The notes: generated by a model from the letters alone, not told the origin. DNA of 64,000 nucleotides from Candidatus Latescibacterota bacterium (GCA_965203175.1 OZ241867.1:5504001-5568000); one strand, 5' to 3'. Numbered from the stretch's first letter, positions 38,919 to 48,712 are shown. Program-made: numbers and translations.

Positions 38919-38997
38919 TTGCATTCGACAATTCTTATTAGTATTTTAGCGTTAAATACTAATAAGAATACGCCTTATTACGTTGTGCTTAATAAGG
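38919..38997 (+). promoter_or_regulatory. fic promoter with two palindromic operator candidates
   Basis: TTGCAT-N17-TATTTT. Perfect 16-bp inverted repeat at 38931-38946/38954-38969 and 8-bp inverted repeat at 38973-38980/38990-38997. Confidence 0.7.
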
Positions 38998-39007
38998 AAA
39001 TCTCTCC

Positions 39008-40168
39008 GTGAAACGCGGCGAAACTGGCCGATACGAGACCACGATCGTTGGCGATGAGACAGTGCGGGCTTTCGTACCTGCGCCGCTTCCGCCCACGCCT
39101 GTACTGGATCTGGTAGCTCTGCAAGGGCCACTGGAAAAGGCATTACTGGCGCTAGGCCGGTTGGACAGTCTCTCCGTGTTACTACCCGATACGCACCTTT
39201 TCCTTTACACCTATGTCCGCAAGGAGGCCGTTCTATCCTCCCAGATTGAAGGCACTCAGTCTTCTCTGTCAGATCTTCTATTGTTCGAACTAGAGGAGAT
39301 GCCAGGTACCCCCCTCGATGATGTCGTCGAGGTCTCGAATTACGTGGCGGCACTGGAACATGGATTGCGCCGGATACGCGAGGGGTTCCCGCTCTGCAAT
39401 CGACTCATCCGCGAGATCCATGCCGAGTTGCTCGCACGGGGCCGCGGCAGCGACAAAACTCCAGGTGAATTCCGGCGCTCACAAAACTGGATTGGTGGCA
39501 GCCGGCCCGGAACGGCGCGCTTTGTGCCCGCGCCGGCACACGCCGTTGCAGAGTGCATGTCGGATTTGGAGCGATTTCTCCATACAGAGACTTGCGGATT
39601 GCCCGCGCTCCTGCGGGCGGGACTTGCCCATGTCCAATTTGAGACCATCCACCCCTTCCTCGACGGTAACGGACGGGTTGGCCGTCTGCTGATCACGTTC
39701 CTGCTGTGTCACGACGGCGTGCTGCGCGAGCCGCTGCTGTATTTGAGCCTCTACTTCAAACAACACCGAGAGAGCTATTACGAACTCCTCAATGATGTGC
39801 GGAAAAACGGTGACTGGGAGACGTGGCTTGCGTTCTTTCTCGACGGCGTGACGCAGACCGCAGAGGGAGCCGTCTCGACTGCACAGCGGTTGCTCTCCCT
39901 GTTTCAGGAAGACCAAGCAAAGATACAACAGATAGGGCGTGCGGCAGGGTCGGCGCTGCGCGTCCATCGGGCTTTGCAGGAGCACCCGATTGCATCGCTC
40001 CAAGACCTTGCCAAGCGCACGGAACTCTCTTTCACCGCGGTTACCGCCGGGATACAGGTACTCGAACAGATCGGAGTGGTGCACGAATTGACAGGCAAGA
40101 AGCGGAACCGGCTTTTTGGCTACGATCAATATCTTGCCATTCTCGGCGAGGGGACCGAATTACCATAG
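39008..40168 (+). CDS. Fic-family protein (class II) with C-terminal winged-HTH-like domain
   Basis: Catalytic motif HPFLDGNGRVGR, inhibitory SSQIEG, and C-terminal ELTGKKRNRLF.Y. Confidence 0.95.
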   Translation: MKRGETGRYETTIVGDETVRAFVPAPLPPTPVLDLVALQGPLEKALLALGRLDSLSVLLPDTHLFLYTYVRKEAVLSSQIEGTQSSLSDLLLFELEEMPGTPLDDVVEVSNYVAALEHGLRRIREGFPLCNRLIREIHAELLARGRGSDKTPGEFRRSQNWIGGSRPGTARFVPAPAHAVAECMSDLERFLHTETCGLPALLRAGLAHVQFETIHPFLDGNGRVGRLLITFLLCHDGVLREPLLYLSLYFKQHRESYYELLNDVRKNGDWETWLAFFLDGVTQTAEGAVSTAQRLLSLFQEDQAKIQQIGRAAGSALRVHRALQEHPIASLQDLAKRTELSFTAVTAGIQVLEQIGVVHELTGKKRNRLFGYDQYLAILGEGTELP

Positions 40169-40169
40169 G

Positions 40170-40190
40170 CCGACGCTGGTGGCGTTTGAG
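40170..40190 (+). repeat. 21-bp direct repeat, right copy
   Basis: Identical to 38849-38869 and begins 1 nt after the fic stop. Confidence 0.95.
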
Positions 40191-40271
40191 CGTGCGGACA
40201 TGAATGCTTGCGGCTTCACAGTCGAGTTGTGTTATTAGCGCATTCCAGCGTTAACGCTAATTAGGCCCGTT

Positions 40272-40295
40272 CTTGTTTTCACATCTGAAAACAAG
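40272..40295. promoter_or_regulatory. Perfect inverted repeat upstream of a PhyH-like gene (operator or hairpin)
   Basis: CTTGTTTTCA-catc-TGAAAACAAG. Confidence 0.4.
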
Positions 40296-40353
40296 GGAAC
40301 ATTGTAACACCCACACCTAGCTCCCAACCACCGGTCTAAGTAGGAAAAAAACA

Positions 40354-41445
40354 ATGCAACCAACGCCAATCACCCCAAACGTAAAGCAAGTCCCGCTCCT
40401 GACCGCGAGCCAGATAGCCCAGTTCAAGCGCGACGGCTTCCTCGTGCTCCCCTCTGTGCTCGACCCCGAACTCTGCCGCCGTGCCAGAGACGCAATGTGG
40501 GACGCGATTGCAACCCACCTGCCCCGCATGAAGCGGGACGATCCTTCCACTTGGGGACCGCTCACCGAAGAAGAAAGCGCCGAGCTAAACGCGCAGCGGC
40601 CCGAGGTCGGCGGAGACCCCTATTTCGGCGGCGGCGGCCACCGCTTCTACGTCCGCAACGGCGCCGAACAATTCATGCTCGACTTGGCCCCCCGGGCCTT
40701 GTGGCAAGTCGCCGAGCAATTGCTTGGCGGGGGCACGGTGGTGTGGCCCGCTGGAGAGGATGATTCCGGTACGACGACGGGTCCGTGCTTCATGTGCGAC
40801 GACGCCGTGGGAGGGCTGGCCACCCATTTGGGCAAAGAGATCGAGCGATGGCCAGAGAAGGGATCCTTCACCACCGAGGAAGCACTGCGCCTGCCCAAGA
40901 CCGGCCCAGTGTGGCTCAACGGCCAAGGGACGCGCGGCTTGTATTGCACCCTACCCAACAGCCCGTCTCCCGGCCCCGAATACCGCAGCGCCCACTCCGA
41001 CGGCGCCTGCTACGGCCGCTGGCGATTGCAAATGTCGGTTTACACCGACGACCTACCGCCCAACTCCGGCGGCTTCACCGTGTGGCCGGGCAGCCACAGC
41101 CGGATCTGGCACGATCAGTGGGATGCCTTCCTTGAAGGCGAAAAGCACACGGACAAACATTTGGCAGAACGCAAGGCCGGCGGCTACAACGACCCCGTCA
41201 TCCAGCGCATCAAGACCGATACCCAACCCTTTGATTGCCACGGCCCCGCTGGCACGGTGGTTTTGTGGCACACCAAAATTTTGCACATGGCTGGGCAGAA
41301 TCTATCTACCGACGTCATCCGCCAAGCGACCATCTACGGTTTCCTCAAAACACCAGCATCCCTCCCCGACCCACTCGTAGTGGACAACACCAACGGCGAC
41401 ATCTGGCGGGATTGGTCCGACGAAGTCCGCGCCATCAATGGGTAG
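40354..41445 (+). CDS. Divergent PhyH-like dioxygenase
   Basis: Motifs QI.QF.RDGF, AHSD, GGFTVWPGSH and G.AG.VVLWH...LH..G.N. Confidence 0.8.
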   Translation: MQPTPITPNVKQVPLLTASQIAQFKRDGFLVLPSVLDPELCRRARDAMWDAIATHLPRMKRDDPSTWGPLTEEESAELNAQRPEVGGDPYFGGGGHRFYVRNGAEQFMLDLAPRALWQVAEQLLGGGTVVWPAGEDDSGTTTGPCFMCDDAVGGLATHLGKEIERWPEKGSFTTEEALRLPKTGPVWLNGQGTRGLYCTLPNSPSPGPEYRSAHSDGACYGRWRLQMSVYTDDLPPNSGGFTVWPGSHSRIWHDQWDAFLEGEKHTDKHLAERKAGGYNDPVIQRIKTDTQPFDCHGPAGTVVLWHTKILHMAGQNLSTDVIRQATIYGFLKTPASLPDPLVVDNTNGDIWRDWSDEVRAING

Positions 41446-41454
41446 CGACGACCC

Positions 41455-42450
41455 TCAAGAGTCCAGCGGTTCGACGGCGACCGCGACACCTGAACTCGAT
41501 GAGGTGCGGGCAGCGTCGGAGACCGCCTGCACCCAGTAGCCACTCTCCGCATCACAGACCGGTTTTTCACTGCGCTCCGCGGCGGCGACGAAATCCTCAA
41601 TCATCGGCAGATCGAACAGCTTCTCCTGCAGCGGCTCCACCTCAATCCTCTCAGTTCCATCGGGCAGCTCCAGAATTAGGTGACCCGCCGTCAACTCCAG
41701 CGGGTCGATCAGTATCCTGCCGCCATCGCCGTCGATCTGGGCAAAGTCGCGACGCGGTGGCGAGGTCAGGATCGTCGAGTGCATGCCGATCCCGCCACCC
41801 TCGAAGCGCACGATCAGGGCGTCGGTGTCATCGACGGGCCAGTCGTGGTCGACCGCGTCAACCACAGCGCTCACCGACTGCGGTCGGCCGCCGAAGTTCA
41901 ACAGCACTTCGATGCGATGAGACGCCATTTCCATCAGGGCACCGCCGATGTCCGGTTCGATCCGCCAATCCCCCGCTTCCGGATCCCAGCGCCCGCTGTA
42001 ATGGGTGCGCGCAAAAACGACCCGTCCGATGCGGCCCGCAGCGATCAACCGCTTGGCCGCGACCACTTGCGGACAGGTGCGGCGGCGATAGGCGACCGCC
42101 AGAGTCACACCGTGAGCCCGGCACGCAGCGATCATTTCGCGACACTCGGCGGCGTTTCTCGCCATCGGCTTCTCGCACAGTACGTGCTTCCCGTGCTCCG
42201 CCGCCAGGCAGGTGTAGTCGCAATGGGTATCGGTCGGCGTCGACACGATGACAGCCTCCACCCGGTCGTCGCGCACCAGCTCCGCCGCCGAGCCGTACGC
42301 GCGCGGGCCATTGAATCGCGCCGCGAATGCCTTAGCGGCCTCGAGGTCGCGACGGCAGACGGCGACGAGGTCGGTCCGTTCCGAAGCCAGCAGACTCGGC
42401 CCGAACGAATTCTCGGCTATGGAGCCGCAGCCAATGATGCCAAATTTCAC
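41455..42450 (-). CDS. Gfo/Idh/MocA oxidoreductase
   Basis: Motifs GIIGCG.IA, V.TP...H, GKHVLCEKP and GGAL....H. GTG start inferred. Confidence 0.9.
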   Translation of the reverse strand: MKFGIIGCGSIAENSFGPSLLASERTDLVAVCRRDLEAAKAFAARFNGPRAYGSAAELVRDDRVEAVIVSTPTDTHCDYTCLAAEHGKHVLCEKPMARNAAECREMIAACRAHGVTLAVAYRRRTCPQVVAAKRLIAAGRIGRVVFARTHYSGRWDPEAGDWRIEPDIGGALMEMASHRIEVLLNFGGRPQSVSAVVDAVDHDWPVDDTDALIVRFEGGGIGMHSTILTSPPRRDFAQIDGDGGRILIDPLELTAGHLILELPDGTERIEVEPLQEKLFDLPMIEDFVAAAERSEKPVCDAESGYWVQAVSDAARTSSSSGVAVAVEPLDS

Positions 42451-42533
42451 GGTGAAGTCCTTTCCCGGTGAGGAAGCCCATCTTCGAGCCCGTCTCCCCG
42501 TCTCATGGTGCGCAGTCGCTGCACAGCCATGGT

Positions 42534-44033
42534 TCAGCGCTCGACTCCCTCGCCCATCTGCGCCGTGGCAGTCAGCTCTTCCCACTTCGTCTCCCCAAAG
42601 CCGACGTTGTACTCCATGTCGAAGAGCAGCCGGTCTGCGGCGAAGCGGAAAGCCAGCAGGGGGCGGAAGGGCGTCTCGTAGAAGCAGAGCCTCGCGTTGT
42701 AGGTGCCGTCCGCGCTCCATGCGCCACTGGCGGCGACCGGTTGAGAATGGTCGCTGTCGAATGAGGTGCTGCCCTCCACCCAAGCCCCATAGCCGATGCG
42801 GAGCGGGTGCTCGACGCCGGACGCGTCCTCGACGGTCACCAGCGTTTCCTCCTCGCCGAAAGCAAAAGTGACCGCCCGCAGGTTGCGCTCGTTGGGCGCA
42901 AACAGAAACCTCCGCCCCGAATGTTTGTCGGCCAGCGCGGCGGTGGACAACCCTTCTTGCGGCGCAAGGGACAGGCCCCTCAACCGCTCGGCCAGCGGGC
43001 CGTTATCGGCCGGCGGCAGGGCTTCATGCTCCATCGCTGGCAGCAGGTGATCCCAGACCAGATCGAGCACCCGCTGCATGTCGCTCACGCCGGCGGTTAT
43101 GGCCACCACTGCGTCCTGATCGGGCATGACGATGCAGTACTGGCCGAAGGCGCCGTCGCCCCGGTAGGCATTGTGCCGGCAGCGCCAGAACTGGTAGCCG
43201 TAACCCTGGTCCCAGTCGCTGTCGGGGTCGCTGCCATTCGCGGTCTGCAAGGCGGTGGCCTCCGTCACCCACCACTCTGGGAGCAGCCGCCGGCCATCCC
43301 ACATCCCCCGCTGTAGCAGCAACTGGCCGAAGCGGGCGATATCCTCAGTGCGTATTCTCAGTCCCCAGCCGCCGACATTGTAGCCCTCGTCATCGCTCTG
43401 CCAAGTGGCACCCTCGATCCCCAGGGGCGCGAAGAGCCGCGGTGTCAGATAGTCAATCAGGGTCCCGCCCGTCAGCCGCTGAACCATCAAGCCGGCCATG
43501 TAGGTAGCTCCCGTGTTGTAGACGAAGTGGGTTCCGGGCTTGAGACCCACCGGCACGGCGAGAAAAGACTCAGCCCAGGTGTCCCTCTCGGTCGACCAGA
43601 AGGCGTCGGCCTGCTCCTTCAGGTGGCCGGTGTTCATGCGCAGCAGATCCCGCACGCGCATCGACGCAAGGTTTTCGTCCGGCTCGGCAGGGGCTTCCTC
43701 GGGAAAGTGGTCGAGGACCAAGTCGTCGAGGCTCATCAGCCCTTCCTCGACCGCCAGACCCACCGCTGTGGAGGTGAAGCTCTTGCTCAGAGAGTAGAGG
43801 CGATGGGGACTGTCGGGGTTGTAGGGGTACCACCAACCCTCGGCCACCACTTTCCCTCCGCGCAGCAGCATGAAGCTGTGCAGGGCATTGATCGAATCCT
43901 CGGCCGCATCGACGAAGCCGAGAATGGCCCGACTGGAGATGCCCTGAGCCTCGGGGGTACTGCGCTCAAGGGCGGCGACTGGCTGATTGGCGTGAAGCAT
44001 CAGTATAAACAGCAGGAGAAAGGCGCGAAACAT
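42534..44033 (-). CDS. Secreted serine hydrolase, beta-lactamase class C-like
   Basis: Signal peptide, SxxK (SLSK), F.YN, L..RLF.PLG, YGYQFW and G..GQ. Confidence 0.9.
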   Translation of the reverse strand: MFRAFLLLFILMLHANQPVAALERSTPEAQGISSRAILGFVDAAEDSINALHSFMLLRGGKVVAEGWWYPYNPDSPHRLYSLSKSFTSTAVGLAVEEGLMSLDDLVLDHFPEEAPAEPDENLASMRVRDLLRMNTGHLKEQADAFWSTERDTWAESFLAVPVGLKPGTHFVYNTGATYMAGLMVQRLTGGTLIDYLTPRLFAPLGIEGATWQSDDEGYNVGGWGLRIRTEDIARFGQLLLQRGMWDGRRLLPEWWVTEATALQTANGSDPDSDWDQGYGYQFWRCRHNAYRGDGAFGQYCIVMPDQDAVVAITAGVSDMQRVLDLVWDHLLPAMEHEALPPADNGPLAERLRGLSLAPQEGLSTAALADKHSGRRFLFAPNERNLRAVTFAFGEEETLVTVEDASGVEHPLRIGYGAWVEGSTSFDSDHSQPVAASGAWSADGTYNARLCFYETPFRPLLAFRFAADRLLFDMEYNVGFGETKWEELTATAQMGEGVER

Positions 44034-44086
44034 GAGCAAAATCCGGGAAAGAGTTGGCAGTCTATAGAGAATGGATGGACATCCAA

Positions 44087-44455
44087 CTATTGGTTATGTC
44101 CTTGAAGAACGGTCAGTGCATCCCACGTCGCCGGAAATCCTCCGAAGGCGCTCATCTGCAACACGACCTCCTCAATCTCCGTCCTCGTGGCTCCACAACC
44201 AAGGGCCCGGTCGATGTGAACAGCAAGCTGTTCCGGCCTGCCGAGAACCGTCAAGGCCGCGATCGTGCACAGCAGACGGGTCTTGATATCCAGTCCCGCC
44301 CGTCCGTACAGGTCGTGCATCACGTGCGTCATCACGAGTCGCTCGAACTCGGGATGAAGTGTGCGCATCTTCTCGGCAGAGGCATCTGCAGCGGCTTCTC
44401 CGAGCATCGTCGAGAGCATTCTGCGCCCTGCTTCGTAGCGTTCACTTTCAGTCAT
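44087..44455 (-). CDS. Carboxymuconolactone decarboxylase family protein
   Basis: Motif R.GLD.KTR.L.TIAAL......QL..H...AL..G.T..EI.E. GGAGG RBS. Confidence 0.85.
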   Translation of the reverse strand: MTESERYEAGRRMLSTMLGEAAADASAEKMRTLHPEFERLVMTHVMHDLYGRAGLDIKTRLLCTIAALTVLGRPEQLAVHIDRALGCGATRTEIEEVVLQMSAFGGFPATWDALTVLQGHNQ

Positions 44456-44541
44456 ATATCCTCCCCTGATCGGTTGTGCTCTCGCTGGGTCTTTCGGGCA
44501 TATGCTGCGGTAGGTAGCCAGAGAGCGGGCGGAATCTGACC

Positions 44542-45369
44542 TCAGCCGTAGGCACCCTTCTCGTGACGGCCGAGCAAGCGCTGCAGACGCGGCGAGGCTC
44601 CCTCCATCACGTGCGGCGGCATGCGGTAGTCGACAAAAGGGTAGAAGCGCTGGGAGATAAAGCGCTTGCTGTACGTGACGCCGGCCATAAAGCGAGTGCG
44701 ATCCGAGGCATTGGGAGCACCCCGGTGCCAGATCTGGTTGTTGAACATGTACGCGTCGCCAGCCCGGGCGAATAAGGAAATCGGTCCAGTCCCACAAAAT
44801 GTGGGCTTGTCTTGCTCGGCGGGCCTGCGGCCAGCGCGGTGGCTGCCAGGCACGACCTGAGTAGGGCCGTATTCAATGCTCTCTACATCGCTAACCGGAG
44901 TAAAGATCTGCAGCACAAAGCAGGGCATAGTAATGCTCGGATCGTGCTGTTCCACCTCATCGGGCAGGGGAAAGTGGATCAAATCGTCGAGGTGCCAGCC
45001 GCCGGGACCGTCGGGCACTTTGCTGGAATCGGGCTCGGTGTACAGGGCGTTTTGCGACATGAGGTGGCAGTTGTCGCCCAAGATGGCTTCGGCCAAGCTG
45101 GCAAAGGGCTCGCGGACTACCAAGTCGCGGAATGCCTCGCTATATTCGAACATGCGCATGAGGCTGATGCCGCGGATATGATCGCCTGCTTCGTCGTTGA
45201 GGATGCGGGGATCTGCGACTTTGCGCGCCATGGCCCCGCGCAGGGCTTCGACCTCGTCGGCTGCGAGGACGGGCCCTAGGTGACAGTAGCCGTCTCGGTT
45301 GAACTGCTCGATGATGCGCTGGGTTTCTTCCGGCGAGTACGGCTGGCCTGCTGCAATGGGACTAGACAT
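44542..45369 (-). CDS. PhyH-family dioxygenase
   Basis: Motifs F.RDGY, WHLD, GPT.VVPGSH and AGD...F....WHRG..N.S...R. Confidence 0.9.
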   Translation of the reverse strand: MSSPIAAGQPYSPEETQRIIEQFNRDGYCHLGPVLAADEVEALRGAMARKVADPRILNDEAGDHIRGISLMRMFEYSEAFRDLVVREPFASLAEAILGDNCHLMSQNALYTEPDSSKVPDGPGGWHLDDLIHFPLPDEVEQHDPSITMPCFVLQIFTPVSDVESIEYGPTQVVPGSHRAGRRPAEQDKPTFCGTGPISLFARAGDAYMFNNQIWHRGAPNASDRTRFMAGVTYSKRFISQRFYPFVDYRMPPHVMEGASPRLQRLLGRHEKGAYG

Positions 45370-45407
45370 GGGATTTTAGCTGGGCAAAAGGGTGGACAGG
45401 TCGGCTG

Positions 45408-45443
45408 CAAAATAGGGCACGGCCTTGCTGACGCCAAATCAAC
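45408..45443 (-). promoter_or_regulatory. Putative sigma70 promoter for the 45369 gene, partly duplicated at 50078-50100
   Basis: Minus strand reads TTGGCG-N17-TATTTT. 45421-45443 matches 50078-50100 at 21/23 positions. Confidence 0.55.
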
Positions 45444-45485
45444 ACAAGAACGAATCTTGCGTCAGGTGCTGCAAAGGAGGCTCCT

Positions 45486-46997
45486 ATGAAAAGACGAGTC
45501 GCATGGCTATTAGCCGTCATCTGCCTAACGGGCAATGTCGCCGGAGTCTCGGGGCGAGAAATCGACGTGCACCTATCTAAAATCGACGCAGGGGTGGCTT
45601 GGGTTAGTTCGTACTGGGGCTACAACGCCCCCAAGTTAGTGTACGATGGCGAAAGCTATTACACGGTCGCTCTGTGGGGACCGGAACAGGCCACAGCACA
45701 GGGAGCGCTCTACCAATTGCGCGACGGGCAGTGGCACCGGGGCTACGAGTGGGACGGTTTGAACTACCAGCCGGGCATGGTATTGCTCGACGAGCAACGG
45801 CGACTGCTCCTGATCTACCCAAAGATCAACGCAAAGCCGGTCATTCTGCGGGCCACAGCGCCGGGGCAGATCGACCAGTTTGAGCAACTCGAAGTGCCGG
45901 ACGCTATTGGCAAGGCCGGGTACATGGGTGCTGGCATTTACGACGAGCGCCTAGTCATCGGCTATATCGGCGATCCAGCGACCTATACCTTCAAGACGGC
46001 TATGCTCGATTTGCGCACCGGCACTTGGGACGGCCCCTACGTCCTCGCGCCAGCGCAAAGAACAGAGGTGCCGTGGACGACTTGGCTCTACCCGGTCATT
46101 CAGCCAGATGAGACGGGTTATCACTTGCTAGTGAGCAATCAGCCCGACTCCCGGGCGCTCTACAACCGCATCCTCTACATGCACTTGCCCTATGGCGACC
46201 CCGGTCCGGTCGCGCCCGAGGTCGTAGTCGAGATCGCACCCGAAGGCGATTTTATCGCTTTCGGCGAGGCCATGTGGCGCGACTTAGATGGCTACATTTA
46301 CGTCACCGGACAATACCAATCCCCCGGACAGGCCAATCAACTATTCGTCTTTGTGCGCGACCCGCATACGGGCGCATGGACCCGCCAAGCGCTGAGCAAT
46401 GCGCAGGTGGCTGCGGCCTATCAAAGCCCCGGTGGAAGCCGTGCCGTGTGGGTAGCCAGCACGTACGGATCCGACTTGCGGCTCTATAAATCGGACGATC
46501 GCGGGGGTAGCTGGCAGGAGAAGCCGCTGGTCGATCTGGACAGCTACGGCCTAGTCTCCAGTTTCTTCCTCCACGGCATTTCCCCGGCCAGTGGCAGCCT
46601 GATGCCAAGCTTGCCCACGGCGGTATTCAGCGCCGGGCCTCACCCCAACTACGAGTTGTGGTTCGTCCAGTTCGACATCGCCGAGTTGGCAATGGCTACC
46701 GCAGTGGAGGAAGTAGAGTCACTGGACGCGACCGGTGCGCCGATTCTGGTCGCCAACGCGCCCAATCCCTTCAACAATTCGACCCAGATACGCTTTTGGC
46801 TGCCCGTGGCGGGGCTGGTTGATCTAGCGGTGTACAATCTTCAAGGCCAGCGCGTCGGACAGATAAGCAAGGGCCACCGGGAAGCTGGCTGGCATACCAT
46901 TACCTGGACAGCCGGCGATCTAGCGACCGGGGTGTACTTGTATCGCTTGCAGGCTGGCGGCACTGAAATCGCGCGCAAGTTGGCAGTGATCCGCTAG
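45486..46997 (+). CDS. Secreted propeller-like protein with T9SS type A-like (Por secretion tail) C-terminal domain
   Basis: Signal peptide, one Asp box, and tail N.PNPFN.ST.I.F.L....VYN..GQ.V....LATGVY.YRL......RKL..IR. Confidence 0.75.
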   Translation: MKRRVAWLLAVICLTGNVAGVSGREIDVHLSKIDAGVAWVSSYWGYNAPKLVYDGESYYTVALWGPEQATAQGALYQLRDGQWHRGYEWDGLNYQPGMVLLDEQRRLLLIYPKINAKPVILRATAPGQIDQFEQLEVPDAIGKAGYMGAGIYDERLVIGYIGDPATYTFKTAMLDLRTGTWDGPYVLAPAQRTEVPWTTWLYPVIQPDETGYHLLVSNQPDSRALYNRILYMHLPYGDPGPVAPEVVVEIAPEGDFIAFGEAMWRDLDGYIYVTGQYQSPGQANQLFVFVRDPHTGAWTRQALSNAQVAAAYQSPGGSRAVWVASTYGSDLRLYKSDDRGGSWQEKPLVDLDSYGLVSSFFLHGISPASGSLMPSLPTAVFSAGPHPNYELWFVQFDIAELAMATAVEEVESLDATGAPILVANAPNPFNNSTQIRFWLPVAGLVDLAVYNLQGQRVGQISKGHREAGWHTITWTAGDLATGVYLYRLQAGGTEIARKLAVIR

Positions 46998-47095
46998 CGC
47001 GACCACACCTTTGCGTGGCAGCGCGAGCAGTGCATCCTGCATTTGCTTCCTTTCTTGGTTGGTCGGCGCGGAAAGATGGCTGCATCCGCTCCACT

Positions 47096-47533
47096 TCAAC
47101 CAACTCGCAGTCGCATACCCCCCTCTACTAACTCCAGGTCGTAGCGATTGAGGGGATTCTGCGCCGGCCCTCGGGTGGGCTCTCCCGCCCGATTAAAGGT
47201 CGATCCATGGCAAGGACATACTAAAAAATGCTCTCTAGGGCGCACTTGACATCCCTGGTGCGGACAAGTGGCCCCCAGAGCTTGCAAGGGCGGTTCCCCA
47301 CCGCGCAACAAGACGATGGCTTCGGGCAAGTCAGGGCCTTGCAGGAGCCCGGCGTTGCCCTTTTTAAATAATTTGTTTAACTCGTTATCCGACAAAAAAA
47401 CAGCCCCGTCTTTTACCACTGCATAGTGCATGGGCACAGTAGCGCATCCGAGCAGGGAGTGGCCGGCTAGGCAAACTCCGCCCAAGCGGGCTAAGAAACT
47501 GCGCCGCGGCATTTTTTCGGCCCCGTTCTCCAC
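47096..47533 (-). CDS. Tat-exported Rieske 2Fe-2S protein, possibly a lipoprotein
   Basis: PRRSFL twin-arginine, LLGC, CPHQGC and CPCHGS.F. Confidence 0.9.
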   Translation of the reverse strand: MENGAEKMPRRSFLARLGGVCLAGHSLLGCATVPMHYAVVKDGAVFLSDNELNKLFKKGNAGLLQGPDLPEAIVLLRGGEPPLQALGATCPHQGCQVRPREHFLVCPCHGSTFNRAGEPTRGPAQNPLNRYDLELVEGGMRLRVG

Positions 47534-47541
47534 AACACCTC

Positions 47542-48690
47542 CTAGAAATAAGTAGCCGCACTGAAGAGGAAGGCGGCCCCGCGAATCAGGTTATCAAAGG
47601 CGTCGCGCTGCCAATTGCGCTGGTAGTCTACCTTGAACACGGCCTCCTCCTCGGGGCGGAAATTGAGCCCCAGACTGAGGCGGCGGTGGCTGTCGCCGTC
47701 GATATCCGCATCGAAATCCACCAAGCCATAGCGCACTATGCCAGTAAAATGGGAACGGGACAATTGAGCAATCCACCCACGGCCAAAGTGGGCGTTTAAT
47801 TGGGCGTAGTACCCGCGTTGACTCGACTGAAAAATGGCGCTTTGCTCGGGCACGTCAATGGCGGCCCAAGCGCATTCCCCCAACCATTCAAAGGGGCCTT
47901 GGAGGACTTCCCAATCGAGGGCGAAAATGCTCAGATTGCGCTTGTCGGCAATGGCCAAACCATCGGCTTCCCAGCTATTATAGGGGCCCGTGTGCAGAGA
48001 GACCCCCACTTCGACAGCGGGCCGCGGACTCAGACCCAAGCGCCCCACCCAGGAAGGGCGGTTGTTGTTGTCTGTAAAGTTGCCCCGTCCCGCGGCAATG
48101 CGGGTGCCCTCGGGCCGACCCCCTACTACTCGATCGTCAAATCCGTTTACTGCGTACAGCTCGTAAGTCATCCGGGCTTGGGGAGTGGGATGGACAGCGC
48201 CGTAAAATCCCATGCCCCCCTCTGACAGAGCCGTGGGGATGATCTGGGTGCTGACTAGGGGTCGGTCGGTGAAATCGTTGGTCGGGCTGTCGTGGGACAA
48301 ATTGAAACGCCCCAAGGGGGACAGGATAATGCCGCCCCTAAAGGTGAGGGATGGGTGGATTTCAAAGTCGATAAGGGCGAGTTCTATTTTGATCTCCTCG
48401 CCCCCCTCCTCAAATTCCAGTTCCGAGGCCACGCGGAGGCGGTCGGATACCGGCGTATAGGTAAAGATATTGAAGCGCTTGGGCTCAAAAGTCAGTTCCT
48501 CGGTAATTCCCTCTTCGCGCTCGTAGCGGAAGTGGACCTCAGTATAGCCGCCAAAGTACGTGCGGCCCCCAATCCCCTTGATAAAGGGCTTGTCGCCAAT
48601 GCCACCCCGCACCAAGGGCGTTTCGCCCTCTTGGGCTGCCGCAATCCCCACGAGCGGGCATAGCAGGCTCATCAGCATTCTCAATATCAT
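47542..48690 (-). CDS. Outer-membrane porin-like beta-barrel
   Basis: Signal peptide ending AA-Q, GGY.E, E.EFE.G....E, amphipathic strands and C-terminal ATYF. Confidence 0.75.
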   Translation of the reverse strand: MILRMLMSLLCPLVGIAAAQEGETPLVRGGIGDKPFIKGIGGRTYFGGYTEVHFRYEREEGITEELTFEPKRFNIFTYTPVSDRLRVASELEFEEGGEEIKIELALIDFEIHPSLTFRGGIILSPLGRFNLSHDSPTNDFTDRPLVSTQIIPTALSEGGMGFYGAVHPTPQARMTYELYAVNGFDDRVVGGRPEGTRIAAGRGNFTDNNNRPSWVGRLGLSPRPAVEVGVSLHTGPYNSWEADGLAIADKRNLSIFALDWEVLQGPFEWLGECAWAAIDVPEQSAIFQSSQRGYYAQLNAHFGRGWIAQLSRSHFTGIVRYGLVDFDADIDGDSHRRLSLGLNFRPEEEAVFKVDYQRNWQRDAFDNLIRGAAFLFSAATYF

Positions 48691-48712
48691 GGCTTACTTC
48701 TTTTTTTACTTT

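Noticed and set aside
41235-42871. Long alternative-frame and antisense ORFs here and throughout the window
   Set aside because: They are Arg/Pro/Ala-rich shadow ORFs overlapping well-supported genes, as expected in high-GC DNA. Their recurrence in the array only mirrors sense-strand paralogy.
42534-44033. Antibiotic-resistance beta-lactamase
   Set aside because: The motifs fit the broad serine hydrolase/esterase family, and the class C KTG motif is not evident.
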